Part shown: positions 23,363 through 36,200 of the stretch, in pieces
Numbering within the stretch: the stretch's first letter is position 1
Layout: every line of letters starts with the position of its first letter
Source: Klebsormidium nitens
Lineage: Eukaryota > Plantae > Klebsormidiophyceae
Reading direction: 5' to 3'
NCBI GenBank assembly: GCA_000708835.1
Contig: DF237147.1
Span: 84,959-148,958, forward strand
DNA length: 64,000 bases
Translations under genes and position numbers: made by a program
The notes under the pieces: generated by a model
Told to the model about the DNA's origin: nothing
The model's database searches: none
The model's input: only the letters and a program-made list of their open reading frames with translations

Positions 23363-24638
23363 ATGGCTCTCCTTGATGAAATATGGCACAAATATGGTCC
23401 AGGCTTGGCAGGTAAGCTCAGATGGAGAAATCTGGTGATCCTTGTCTTGCTTTCTGTCTGGCTTCTGCTGAGTTGCTCCACCGCCCAACCTTTTTGAAAA
23501 CTTCCGACAATCAAAGCGCGTCTGATTCTTACGTCAAGCTGCCCCACTTGTCAAAATCTGTTTATGCAGGAGCTATATTTGGAGCTGGTTGGTGGTTTTG
23601 GGTTGACGCTGTGGCCATCAGCAAGACCAAGGTCGAATTTGTCCACTACTTGCCAGGTGCGCCTGTAGATCTTTTTCTGCTTTTTCGTGCTCTCTCTCAC
23701 TGCTTTATGAGCCAGGTTTTAAGCGCACTGTAGGGAAATTGCTTTTTAAGGCGAATATGCGCGCCAATGAGAGTGCCGCTGACTCGGACAGCGAATGCTT
23801 TTATCTTCGGCTCGGAGGAACATGAGTGATGAGTGAAACATTGACCATGTTCCTGGAACAGGAATTTTTGCCACCATCGCTGCCCTCATGTTTAATTGTG
23901 TACGAAGAGAAGACCTCCAGGAGTACGATCCCTACGACGATGGCGCCGGGTGCAGGTCAGGAATTGCATTTCAAGCCCCCTGCTTATGCGGGCAGGGGTT
24001 TTGAAGAAAATGCAAGTGGGGCACAGGGGCATTCTTCTGACTCAGCAGATGGGCCTTGTTCGAATCCACTTCTTCGAGAACGTCGTACAGGGCACCGGTC
24101 GGTTGCAACCGTATTTGTATTTTAATGCACAAAAGCGACTGACTATATTGAATGTGCAGGTCTCGGGTCTGGCTTTTCCTTTCATACGTCTTGTCATTTG
24201 TGTCACTGGCGGGCTCCGTTGGCTTGCTGATCAACGACTACGCGAACCCGGCAATAACATCAACATGGCCTGGTGTGGCTGGCGTCTGTCAATGTACATT
24301 CATCTTGGGCAGGTGCGGTCATCTCAATCCTTGTGCTCACATCTCTCCTCTTGAAGACAATTTCCAGAATGTTAAGTCCCGGCACATTCTCGATCACAAG
24401 TGCGAAGGGGTAGAAATTCACCTTGTTTTTCCTCGTTTGTCTAATTTTGCTTTATCTAAAATCCGGCTTTTGTGAGATTGCACGCTCCGATGCGCACCTT
24501 TCTCGCCAGCACGACTTGGATCAAGTCTTGAAAAGAGTTCAACCTGACAACCTGGTCCACGGAGCTTGGCTTCACCTTTGATGTTCCATTTGCAGCGGCC
24601 TATTGTATTGGATGTCAAGATCGTCTTCAGACTCTTGA
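23363..24638 (+). CDS. Vps68/TMEM50 (UPF0220) family membrane protein, about 141 aa
   Basis: Exons 23363-23411, 23570-23656, 23862-23955, 24160-24312 and 24596-24638 are frame-consistent and give GPGLAGAIFGAGWWFWVDAV, GIFATIAALMFNCVRRED, RVWLFLSYVLSFVSLAGSVGLL and SGLLYW. Confidence 0.9.
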
Positions 24639-25570
24639 CAGGGCAGGTCAAGCGGCACTGCTGATGTAAGCTGCCAGAACTGATGCCACTCCCATAGCAC
24701 CCTCGAATAGGACGATATATAAACACTGGTTCGAGTTTATAAGCAGATCTGATTTGCCTTTATTGAGCCCTCCGAATTGACACACTACTTCAACATATGC
24801 ATTTGAGAAAGGAGAGCTGGACGTGATGCGATCCAAGCTGTAGCAATACGTCACGCTGTATCATATCAAAGTTGATTGTCGAATTGAAATAGAGGACTTG
24901 TTTCGTCTCAAGGCCTCAAATCTATAAGCACTATCCAATTCTATAGTCGAACATCTGACACACTTGGATGTGGAGTGTATAGTCAATCATGTGAGCCGCG
25001 CGCCCGTATGCATGAAGCTTCTGCAAATCCGTGTGTTTACATGTGTTGAAGTCTCTATGAGATCCTCAGGTCACACTGTATAGAATCTTGTCTTTAAAGC
25101 ATCATGGTATTATCCAACTGAGTTGTAGCGGTATATACTAGTAGTCGGGCCACATGCACAGCTAGGAATGGAGTATGCTTGATGGTAACTTACGATATTT
25201 ATTGATCATATGGCAACGGGCCAGCGCGGAAGTGCCAAGGACTGTACTTGCGGGATTTGAAAGGGCTAGCTTTTATACTAGGGTGCTTGAATCCAACTAT
25301 GATTGGTATGGCAACTAAGCTGCAATTTAGCGGGTACTAGGTGGGATTGCAACGCACACAGCGGCATACACATGTCAGGAGAAATATGAGGTTTTGGAAT
25401 CCTCGAGCTACATAATGAGGAAGACCACCTCACGGGTCGAGGGCCACGAGTGCGAGCAAGGAGAATCGAACAAGTAAAGGCAGGACAAATCCATCCGTTT
25501 CTTTGCCACGTATCCTTCTTCGTTTTAGATGCTATCTACTATAGGACTTGGAGCTTCCGACCACTTGGCA

Positions 25571-26918
25571 TCAAGTTGCTGCCTTGATCATACCTGTTTG
25601 GCGGGCATAGTTGAAGAGGCCTCCTGCATCGATCACTGGACCTGCCTCCCCAATTGGCTTCAGGTTGTATTGCTTTCCGGTTCCGTGATGAGTCAGGACG
25701 TCATTCTCCATATCCACCGTCACTTCGTCGCCAGTTTTCAGCTCTTCGCAAAGTCTAGTGTCGATCTCCACAGGGTAAAGTTCTCCTGCGAGGTAAAGTC
25801 GAGGGGGATCAGCACATCATGCAACTGACAGACTAGAGTCTCCAGTCAAACTGTAATCAATTGACAGCAGTCCACTTGTTCATCCGCGTCACTTCCGCAC
25901 AAAGAGGTGGAGAATGGTGAGTGCAGACAATCCACCAAACAACGAGCTGTGCGATTGACTACTCACACAATGTTAGATCCAGGGCCCTGATACCATCATG
26001 TTTACAGCTGGATGAGTTTTTGAGGACTCGCGTTCTTCTCACCTGTTGCGACAGAGTTCCTGAAGAAGATCCGAGCATACGATTCTGCGACCACGGCCTT
26101 GAGTCCCGCAGCTCCAAGTGCCACTGGGGCATGCTCGCGGGAAGATCCGCACCCGTAGTTCTTACCACCAATCATGATCGGATACTTGGTCTTCATTTCA
26201 CCTTCCTCAATGAAGCTGCCCATGACAGAAGAACACCTTGTTAAATGTTGCCAGGATCGGATTTCCACTTATCACCGTATTGGACCACCATTCATGATCA
26301 CTCAAGATAAAAAGGAAAACTTTTCACTCATATATAAGACATGGATGGGGCGGTATGCTGTGTTTCAAAAACTGCAGTGCCCAATTGTTGACTAGAGTGT
26401 TTGTTCTCTGATTGTCACCTTCTCTCAGGGAAAGAGGGAGTACTTGTACAGGGGGAAGTCACTTTGGCTTTAAGCAAAGAAACTTACATTCCGTAGCCCT
26501 TTGGTAGTCCCGCCATCGCATAGCTGCCCAGCTTCTCATATTCCTCCGGCTTTGAGGGGACTAGTGTTAGGTACTCTGCCGGAATTATCTGATCTGTGTC
26601 AATATTGTCATCAACCACAAAGACGGGGCCCCTGATGACCCTCTTGTTCTGCTTCCCTGCCTCTGCCCTGACACTGAATCTGGCCACCGATGCTTGATGA
26701 TTTTTCTCAGCCAAGTTGGAGATTAAAGGAGCGCTGGATCCCAGGAAGGATTTTGCATGCCCTTTTACTGGTACATTGTGGTTTCTCTTCAGAGATGAAT
26801 AGCTGGTAAAGGTCATTGCAGCAGCGCCATTCTGTCGAGAGTTCTCTGCAAATTGGGCTTGGGCACCATACACGAAAGTACCAGCAGCACCTGCTTTTGC
26901 CGCAACGCTTGAAGCCAT
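25571..26918 (-). CDS. leuD: 3-isopropylmalate dehydratase (isomerase) small subunit, plastid, about 272 aa
   Basis: Exons 26918-26488, 26215-26043 and 25785-25571. Motifs [41 protein letters not shown] and [10 protein letters not shown], plus an A/S-rich transit peptide. Confidence 0.96.
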
Positions 26919-27033
26919 TGTGCTTTGCAATGCGGTGCCAAGAGATCAGATTTTGTGTGTTCCGAACTCGAGGTTGAAGAATTGCAGAGCATCAGCCGTC
27001 AATGTCACAAGCATGAGAGCTGGCTTTCTCGGT

Positions 27034-27092
27034 AACCCTAGTGCTACATTGTCATAACCGTGCTCAGGTCCATTCCTGGGCTTTAGCCCAGG
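27034..27092. promoter_or_regulatory. Putative telo-box-like AACCCTA plus palindromic site II (TGGGCY) pair in the leuD/MDN1 bidirectional promoter
   Basis: AACCCTAG at 27034-27041 and the perfect inverted repeat CCTGGGCT-TT-AGCCCAGG at 27075-27092. A further TGGGCT lies near 27146. Function is inferred from land-plant promoters. Confidence 0.45.
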
Positions 27093-27293
27093 TTAACCCG
27101 GCTAGGGCAGCCCTTGACCCTTTCTCACTTGCAACCACGTTGAAGCTGGGCTTGAAAACATCCAGTACAGTGTGCAGTTCACGTTCAGGACGCGTTCTTT
27201 GGTGGCGTCTCTTCCTAGTGATACGCAATCTGGAAGGAATTGGTGGGATCGGGTGCCACACTGAGGCGGAGCCGGATGCGTGCAAAGTAATCA

Positions 27294-30200
27294 ATGGCTT
27301 CCAGTAGATGGCTTGAGGCGTTTCGTGCGCTGGCCTCAAGGAGGCCTGAGGTCCTCCAGCGGGCGGATGTCGACCACCTCTTCAAAGAACACCCAAACAA
27401 GGTAAGAGCACAATGCTGAGGGGCCACTCTTTCAAGCTGCATTTCTTTGCGAATGCTCTCATATCGGCCCAGAAACTTTGATGGTGGTGTGGTTTCGAGT
27501 CCATCTGCTTGTTAACGGTCCAGACAGTTCGCCCTGCTTTGCAGTTCTGATGTCTACATTACAAGCTGCCCTGCAACTAACATTCAGGATTCTGCTGCGG
27601 TTTGTGCACTTAGACAGCATTGCCCTCATTGCTCGCTGACGCTCGATGGTTTTGGTGGTGTGGGGTTTCCCATCACGTGACAGTAACCACACGTGGAATC
27701 CTAACTCTCTCCTTTGCTGTGTGCAGCTTACGGAGGAGCACTGTCGTGCTCTGGCCCAGCGCCTGCTTGTGCAGCCTGGTGTCACCTTGGCTGCAGCCAG
27801 CTGTTTTCGTCCCTTCCTCAGCGACATAGTTCAAGATCTCGTCAGCCAGCTCCAGTCACAAAGTCCCCGAGACAGCGCCACCACCCCTTTTGTCCCCTAC
27901 CACGAGCAAGTCGCTGTCGCTTTCAGCTTCCTGCTCCCTCTGGCGCCTCAGCTGCTGGATCCCATACAGCACTACTTCTCCACCTCGCCGGAGCCTTTTG
28001 CCAGACTGCTGGCCGGCATCGCTGGCGCCGACGGCCCTTCCCAAGAATGGGGCATCACACTGCACGCGGTCGCTCAAGCATCTCACCGACTTCTGTCGAC
28101 GGCTCCCGCGATATTCAGGGAGTTGTGGAACTGGGGTCCGTTCTTTGATCTCCTGGCATATCAGGAGCCAAGTTCTGATAGCAGAGCCAATCAAGATACG
28201 CCACCTCAAGGGGGCGCCTCTGGGGATTCCGATGGCGGTGGTGGTACGGGTCAGGCAGCTGGTAATGGTCAGCCTATTCCTACCACCGCTGCCGAGATCC
28301 GGTGGTCCGCTGTTCAAGTGGCGCGGATAGTGCTACAGCTTAGTGATGCAAGCACGGAGCAGCTGGCGGCAAACACGGCGAGGCTGACGCCGGTGGAGGC
28401 GGCCGCATGCGCTGTGAGGTGAGGGTGGTCTTTGACACAATGCTGACTCTGGGGCCACTGAGATTGGTAGATCTTCGGCTTCGAGATAGTGTTGGAAGAC
28501 TTTTTGGTTGTGTCCAATATGCTGTCTCAGTTGACGGTCAGCCTTTGAAGCTTACACCAACAAAGGAGTTCATAATTGGGTGAATGAATTGCCAGTGTGG
28601 CATTGTTGTTGTGAATTGGGGAAGGTGCTCGATTACTTGGATACAATATTAAAGCATTCCCTGTTGCAGATGGGAGGATGAAGCTGCCACCATCGACTTT
28701 GAGAGAGCCCGCATGTTTATGACCCCTAGTAAAGCAGAAGTGGCCAGAGATCTTCCATCCGCTGAAAGTTCGTATAGTGAAGCAAGTGCGCCAGACCCCT
28801 CCGTTAGTCCCCCTTCGCCCTACAGTGTGTCTGGTCAAGCCCCACTAGGTAGGCTGCAAGTATGCGGCATCGATCTTCCCCTCCGGCAATATGGGGGCCA
28901 AGGCAGCGGCCTGGGCCCTGGGCCCCCTCTTATAGAAGCCCGCTCTGCACTCGTTCTCACCCCGACAACTCGCAGAAATCTAGAAGCAGTTTCTCTAGGC
29001 CTGTGCCAGGGCCGGCCGGTCCTGCTCGAGGGCCCACCTGGCGCTGGCAAGTCGGCGATCATCGATGAGGTGGCCAGGGTAACAGGAAACCACAACGTCA
29101 TCAAGTTCCACTTGGACGACCAGACTGACAGCAAGACCCTGCTCGGGAGTTACGTGTGCACGGAGGTCCCCGGGGAGTTCCGCTGGCAGGCGGGGGCACT
29201 CACGCAGGCGGTGGCCAAGGGCATCTGGGTGGTGTTTGAGGACGTTGACTGCGCGCCCTTCGAGGTGCTGTCGGCCCTGATCCTGCTCCTGGAGGACCGC
29301 CAGCTGTACATCCCAGGGCGGGGAGAGGTCCTGCCCGCTGCTCCCAACTTTCAAGTCTTTGGAACTGTAACGACACGGACCGGGCGGGCCGCTTCTGCCG
29401 GGACGCGGGAGGTGCTGGGGAGCCACTGGGCGCGGGTCAGCATCGCGCCCCCAGAAGAAAGCGAACTGGTCGATATTGCGTCGGCGGCAGTCCCGGAAGT
29501 CGCGCCTCTAGTTCCCAAGATGGCAGCCACTCTGCAGCGGGTGCGTGTGCTGACGGGCCAATCGGCAGGGGGAAATGCAGGGGGTGCAGTGGTTCAGGTT
29601 GGGCGGTTGTACACTGCGAGAGACCTGCTGAAGTGGGCGCGGAGAGTGGCCGCAAGCGTTCGAGGGATGGAGCACCTCCTGGTTTCGGGAGCAGACCGGC
29701 CCCTCCCGCAGAAAGTACGAGAAGTGGTGTATGCGGAGGCGGTGGACTGCTTAGCGGGAGCAATCCCGAAGCCCGACGACCGGCGCCGGGTACTGCAGGC
29801 TCTTGCGAGTGATTGGGGCGTTTTAGACAGTCAGGTGGAGTACTACAGTCAGCTGCATAAGCCGGGGCTGCAGATTGGCGCGGGGGGCGTGCAGGTGGGA
29901 CGGGCCACGCTGCCAGCTGTTGGGAAGGTGGAGCATTCTGAGAGCCGGGGAGTGTATGCACAGACGGGGCACACGATGCGTCTGCTTGAGCGGGTGGGGG
30001 TGTGCGTGCAGCAGAACGAGCCGGCGCTGCTGGTCGGGGAGACTGGGACGGGGAAAACGGCCCTGGTGCAGTTCCTGGCGCGGCAAGTGGGGGCCACCCT
30101 CACGGTGCTCAACATGAGCCAGCAGACAGACAGCGCCGATTTCCTGGGGGGGTTCAAACCAGTCGAGGTGAGGGCCGCGGGAAGCTGAGGCGTGCGATCG

Positions 30201-33200
30201 TCTGGAAGAACTTTTTCCTACGGTATTTGGGAGGGTCGTTGTAGTGCTTCAGTAACAACCAGCGTCGTTGAGGAGGCCTTCTTCCTCTGTCTTGGATGCT
30301 CTTTCGTATACGTCAGATGCAGTCAGTCCTGTCAGAGCAGTGCCTCCCACTGCTTCTCCTCGACTCATTCGTTCAGCCTAATATGCGACTTCTCCGACCC
30401 GGACTTACTATCTTGGCCACCTCGTTGTGCAGGCTCATGCCATCTGCGTCCCCTTGGCCACGTCTTTCTTCTCCCTGTTCCGGCGCACTTTTCCCAGCCA
30501 GCAAAACAACGACTTTGTAGCCCGCGTACGCACCCTGGCCGAGAAGCGCAAGTGGGTGCCCCTCCTCAAGGCCTGTCGCTCTGCCGTCGAGCGTGTGGCC
30601 AAGTTAGCCGACGCCTCCACCGACGGCACACCAGCATTGAGCCCACAAGCAAGCGGGGACGAACCCCAGCCGAAGCAAATAACGAGCAAGAAGAACGGCC
30701 ATCCGTTGAGCAACGGGGGTCCCCAGGGGAGCCCAAAGGGCGCCAAGCGACGCCGGCCAATGGACCCGTCCCTAATGGAGCAGTGGCGCACGTTCGCTGG
30801 GGAGCTGGCACGCGCGGAGCGGCAGGTCGAGGCCGCGCAAACGGCATTCGCATTTGCCTTCATCGAAGGGGCCCTCGTAAAAGCCCTGCGCGAGGGCCAC
30901 TGGCTGCTTTTGGACGAGATCAACCTGGCGCCTGCTGACGCTCTCGAGCGCCTCAGCGGGGTGCTGGACGGCGAGCGGGGATCCCTCTGCCTCACCGAGA
31001 AAGGTGACGTCGAAACCATCCCGCGCCACCCGAGCTTCCGCATCTTTGGCGCAATGAATCCGGCCACTGACGTGGGCAAACGGGACCTGCCGCTGCCCCT
31101 GCGGCAGCGCTTCACTGAGCTGTACGTGGATGAGCTGACGGGACGGGACGATCTGCGCCTGCTGGTGGCGCGCTACTTGGGGGAGGCCGTGCCGGGGGCG
31201 CCGGTTGATGATATTGTCGACTTCTACCTGGCGGCAAGGCAGGAGGCGGAGGCGACGCTCTTGGACGGGGCCAATCAGGTAGGGACTTGCGGTGGGCAGA
31301 GTGTTGCTATAGAATTCGTCGCTCGCAGATGCGCCGCCCGGTTGTCACGGCTGTTGCCAAATCGCCTTGCAAACTGGCGTTACAACTGCTATATTCTTTT
31401 GCAAGCTTGAGTTTGGGAGCCTCTACGAATCTAAACAAGGAGACATTTTTGTTCTTCAAGGCTGAGCGCTTTCTTTCGTAGTGTCCGCCTGACTGTTTGA
31501 AAGACATTGGTGCTGATCCCGCCCGCTTTGCTCGTGCAGCGGCCGGGATACAGCCTGCGCACGCTGTCCCGCGCGCTCGAGTACACGGTGGCGGCGCTGC
31601 CCATCTACGGCTTCCAGCGCGCGCTCTTCGACGGCTTCTGCATGGGCTTCCTCACGCTGCTCGACCGCCCCAGCGCGCCCACCATGGAGCGCCTCCTCGT
31701 GAAGCACCTCCTCAAGGGCAGCGTCGGGGGGCTCAAAGCGCTGCTGCGGCCACCCCCCCAGCCCAGTCCCAACCACGTCCTCTTCGAGCATTTCTGGGTC
31801 GAGGCGGGGACGACGGCGCGCATCCTTTCGGAGGCGGACTTTGCGGAAGGCCCGGGGCGGAGCCGGTATGTGATGACGGAGAGCGTGCGTGAGCATTTGA
31901 AGAACCTCGCGCGCGCGGTGCTGGTGCGGCGGTACCCGATCCTGCTGCAGGGGCCGACGTCGAGCGGGAAGACCAGCCTGGTGGAGCACCTCGCGGCCAG
32001 GACGGGGCACCGCTTCGTGCGCATCAACAACCACGAGCACACCGACCTGCAGGTCAGGCCCATTCCCTTTGGTGGTGACTTGCTTCCGCTTCGAAGAACG
32101 GTTTAGGCTGCAAATACTAAATGTTTATTCATTGAAAGCGAAAGCTGTTTTCAAAATGCTGGTCCTACGGTATAAAGGTTTTTGTTTTTATTTGAATGAA
32201 GTCAGTCTGCCTGAAGGCGATTGTGACAACACCTTCGGCATCTGACCCGCGAAACCGATAGGCACACTGCCCAGGACACTGAGCATGAGTTGCTCGCAAC
32301 TTGCGCTGAAGCTTGTTTCTGTTTGTTCCACCAGGAGTACCTGGGCAGCTATGCCACGGACCCCCAAAGCGGGCGGCTCGTATTCCAGGAAGGCGCCCTG
32401 GTGGAGGCCGTCCGAAAAGGCCACTGGATCGTGCTGGACGAGCTGAACCTGGCGCCGTCGGACGTCCTGGAGGCGCTCAATCGCCTGCTCGACGACAATC
32501 GCGAGCTTTTTGTACCAGAGCTGCAGGTGCGCTGCTTTAGACCACTGGTGGACTTGGCGCCGATGCTTGACATTTCCAGTTACCGGCTTTGTTCTGCTGT
32601 TGTAAGTTTGACCTGATTTACGAGGTTCGTTAAGGTTTCTTGGAAGTACAGCTCCTAAAATGGCCCTTCGACGAGCAGCGTCCTCCTTTGCAGAGAAGCG
32701 GCCGCTACCAGATACTCAAGTCAGGTCTAAGGCCAACCCTGTGCCTCAAGATCGTTACAGTTCTGGGAGAAGAAAAGCAAGTCTGGCGCCTGGGGGCACC
32801 GCCGTTTTGGCGTGCCTTTAAGGCGCCGCTTGCGCATCAGCCGCTCGTTGCCTCAGTGGCCTCTTTTAGTGGCCACCTTCGGTTCATAGTGGCTGAATAT
32901 TTCCTTCAGACGCTCCTCTGCTGTCATGTCTGTTGTCAGTCCGTTTTGTCGGTTTCTCCGACAGCCGCGGTTCTTCGATTTGAGAAATGCTGCCTGCCTG
33001 TTGGAGTCTGTGCTCTGAGCAGACGATGAAAGATTTGCGAAACAACGAATCGTGACTTGTTGCTGGCCTGAACAAACTTGGCAATCAATCGGCGTTTCCC
33101 CTGAAGTGCGTCAGTGTAAACGTCCTCTCTCCTTACTAGTTCTTCGTTGTTCTCCCCTCTCACAGGTGACCATCAAGCCGCACCCCCACTTCATGCTGTT

Positions 33201-36200
33201 TGCCACCCAGAACCCCCCAGGGACCTACGGCGGGCGGAAGGCCCTGTCACGTGCCTTTCGTAGCCGCTTCCTGGAGCTCCACGTGGACGACATCCCTGCG
33301 AGCGAGCTGACCCGCATCCTGGAGCTGCGCTGCGGCATCCCCGCCAGCTACGCTGCCAAGATGGTGGACGTCCTCAAGGACTTGCAGCGGCACCGCCAAG
33401 GCACAGCGGCCTTTGCTGGTGAGGGCTTGGGAGAGGGCTTGACGCTTTTCCTGTTGCTAGGATGAGGAACCGCACAATTTAAGCTGGCATCTGCGTCTCT
33501 TGGTTTTGTTGAAGTCATACGCTCAGCCCTTTCGTTCCTGCGTTGCACCGTGGATTGGCAATGATTGCCGATATTGGGTTTGGCTTGATCGGATGCAACC
33601 CATGGGCGAGACGATCCATGCCCTCGTTCTACTGCAAAGACATACCTGCAAAGACATATCTTGGAGTGATTGAAGTATTGTAGAATCTACGGTTCTGATA
33701 CATACCCTACCTTTTTCTGTCGCAGGCAAGCACGGTTTCGTGACCCCCCGTGACCTGTTCCGGTGGGCGGAGCGGCATGCAACTGGCTACGAGGAGCTGG
33801 CTCGGGACGGTTTCCTGCTGCTGGGGGAGAGACTGCGGGACGAGGCGGAGAAGCAGATTGTGAAAGCCACTCTGGAGAAGCACATGCGGGTCAAGCTGGA
33901 CTTGTCTACGCTGCACGAGGTGTGGGTGCCACTCCACCATGATCTGCTTTCATCTTTTTCCACGTGCCCTTGCAGCCATCTCGAATCTTGTGCATGGGCT
34001 AGCTCTCAATAGGCATTCGTGCTCAGCAGTGACAGTCGCTTCGCCGTTGCTTTCGCACTTGCATCACCAGGTACTAATCTCTTTGGGACCCGCAGACATT
34101 CACGCGTGCTACATCCTGGCAATCTTGTTGATAAAGCGGCACCACCCAGAAACGCCTCTTGAAGCATATGACATCTATTGAGTTCTCCTTTCGACACTCG
34201 CAGGTGTCCAGCTCCGAGGCCTTCCAGGCGCTGGAGCAGCGCATGCGCGCGCCCGACGCGGTGGCCGCAGTGGGCAAGATCGTGTGGACGGGGGCGATGC
34301 GGCGGCTGTTCCACCTGGTGGAGCGGTGCCTGGCGCACAACGAGCCGGCGCTGCTGGTGGGCGAGACGGGCGCGGGCAAGACCAGCGTGTGCCAGATGCT
34401 GGCGCTCCTGCGCGGCCAGCGCCTGCACATCCTCAACTGCCACCAGCACACCGAGACCTCCGACTTCCTGGGGGGTTTCCGCCCGGTCAGGTAAGAACCG
34501 GGAGCTGCGGTGGCGAACTTAGAGTGATTTGCCTACTCCTGGGCCAGGACTCTGTGGTGGAATCAAGCGGACGGTTTGTTTGATCTCCCTTTGTTCTTAG
34601 CACAAATGTACGTTGACTGCTGCGAAAAGCGTTAGAGATTTGCAAGTTTTGAGTCAAGGTTACAAACCATTTTACCCCTGGAAGAAACGGCTTAAATGAG
34701 GGGTGCCGGGGCTCTGATCTTGTTTCTCTGCTTTTCTGCTCCAGGGACCGGGAGCGCACGGCTGCTCGCGCCACTGCGCTCTCTACAGAGGTGGCCCAGC
34801 ATCCGCTGTTCCAAGCCACCGTCTTAGAGCTCGACCCCGCCGCCCAAAGCCCATTCATCAGCACCGACGTACAGGACGCCGCAGTTACCATCTCTTTGAT
34901 CAATCGGGTCGTCCACACTCTTCATGCACGCACACAGTCTCCGTCAGAATCACTAGCGGAGGGAATAGAATGCCTGACATCAGCAGCGGCTGAGCTGCAG
35001 CAGCTGGTGGGGGAATGGCAGGCCCTGTTTGCGTGGCACGACGGTCCTCTGGTGGCGGCGATGCGCAACGGCGACATGCTGCTAGTGGACGAGATCTCGC
35101 TCGCAGAGGACAGCGTGCTCGAGAGGCTCAACAGCGTGCTGGAGCCCAAGAGGCTGCTGGTGAGCCGCTACTGCCGCTCAAAGTCTCTGGCGATTTGCGC
35201 CCTTTCTTCATCACGGTATCTGGTAGCGTCGATCGGATATGAGCGCATTCGAGTGGACTCTGTTCTTCGAGCGCGTCGTTGAAGCCGGAGCGTTGAGCCT
35301 TGTCCATGAATTGTTGGGTTCGTTTCCTTGCTGTAAGCTTCAAGTTTCATCTTTATCTGCCTTCAAAGGCTGTGCCTTGAAAAACTAGCGCTAGGGCTAA
35401 GGTTTTCTCCCTAGCCCTGTTGGCTGAGCACGCTTTAAATCCTGTGGCGGTAGCCTCCTGGCAATGAAGCTGCATAATCAGGCGTGCAACAGAAATTTGC
35501 AGTATTCCGTGTCTCTCCAGCCCGCCCGTGTTGGTCTGACTAGACATTCTGCACATATCTCATTATCACAAATATCGCTCGAAGATATATCCTCATCCAG
35601 TGCGCTCGTGACACTCGTCTGGCGCTTTGGCTGCAAAGCCCACGCGGTTGACACTTCTCTTCGCCTTTCGTTGTGGGCCTTTCGTTGCGGGGCTTGCAAC
35701 TTTTGATTCTCCTCACGATTGGGACCTCAGAAGCGTCCGCCCACATCCCCTTCTCCCCCTCCGTCTCCCCCCACAGGTCCTGGCTGAGAAGGGCGGCACA
35801 ACCGTGGAGGAGCTGGTGGCACACCCCAACTTCCGGCTGCTGGCCACCATGAATCCGGGGGGCGACTTCGGCAAGAAGGAGCTCTCGCCTGCGCTGCGCA
35901 ACCGTTTCACCGAGCTCTGGGTGCCCGCCATCACCAACCTGGACGACCTGCGCAGCATCGTCCAGGACCGCCTCCCCCAGGGGGAACTTCGTCCGCTCGC
36001 CGAGCCGTTGTTACGCTTCTGGCAGGTGGGTTGCCAATTTGCTCTCTGCTCGAGTGTCAACGCTTGCTGTGCTTTCTTCAACATGGTCGTTGAATGTATC
36101 TTCTTTCAGGCCGGTCGTCATCAGCGCGTATAAGCCAAAGGCCCTTGTGTACTTCAAATGCTGGCAGACTGAGCCCCGATTTCGTTGAGTCTCTGTCGTT

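Noticed and set aside
35586-35596. ATATCCTC resembling a U12 AT-AC donor
   Set aside because: It lies mid-intron. The flanking MDN1 exons join in frame through ordinary GT-AG sites.
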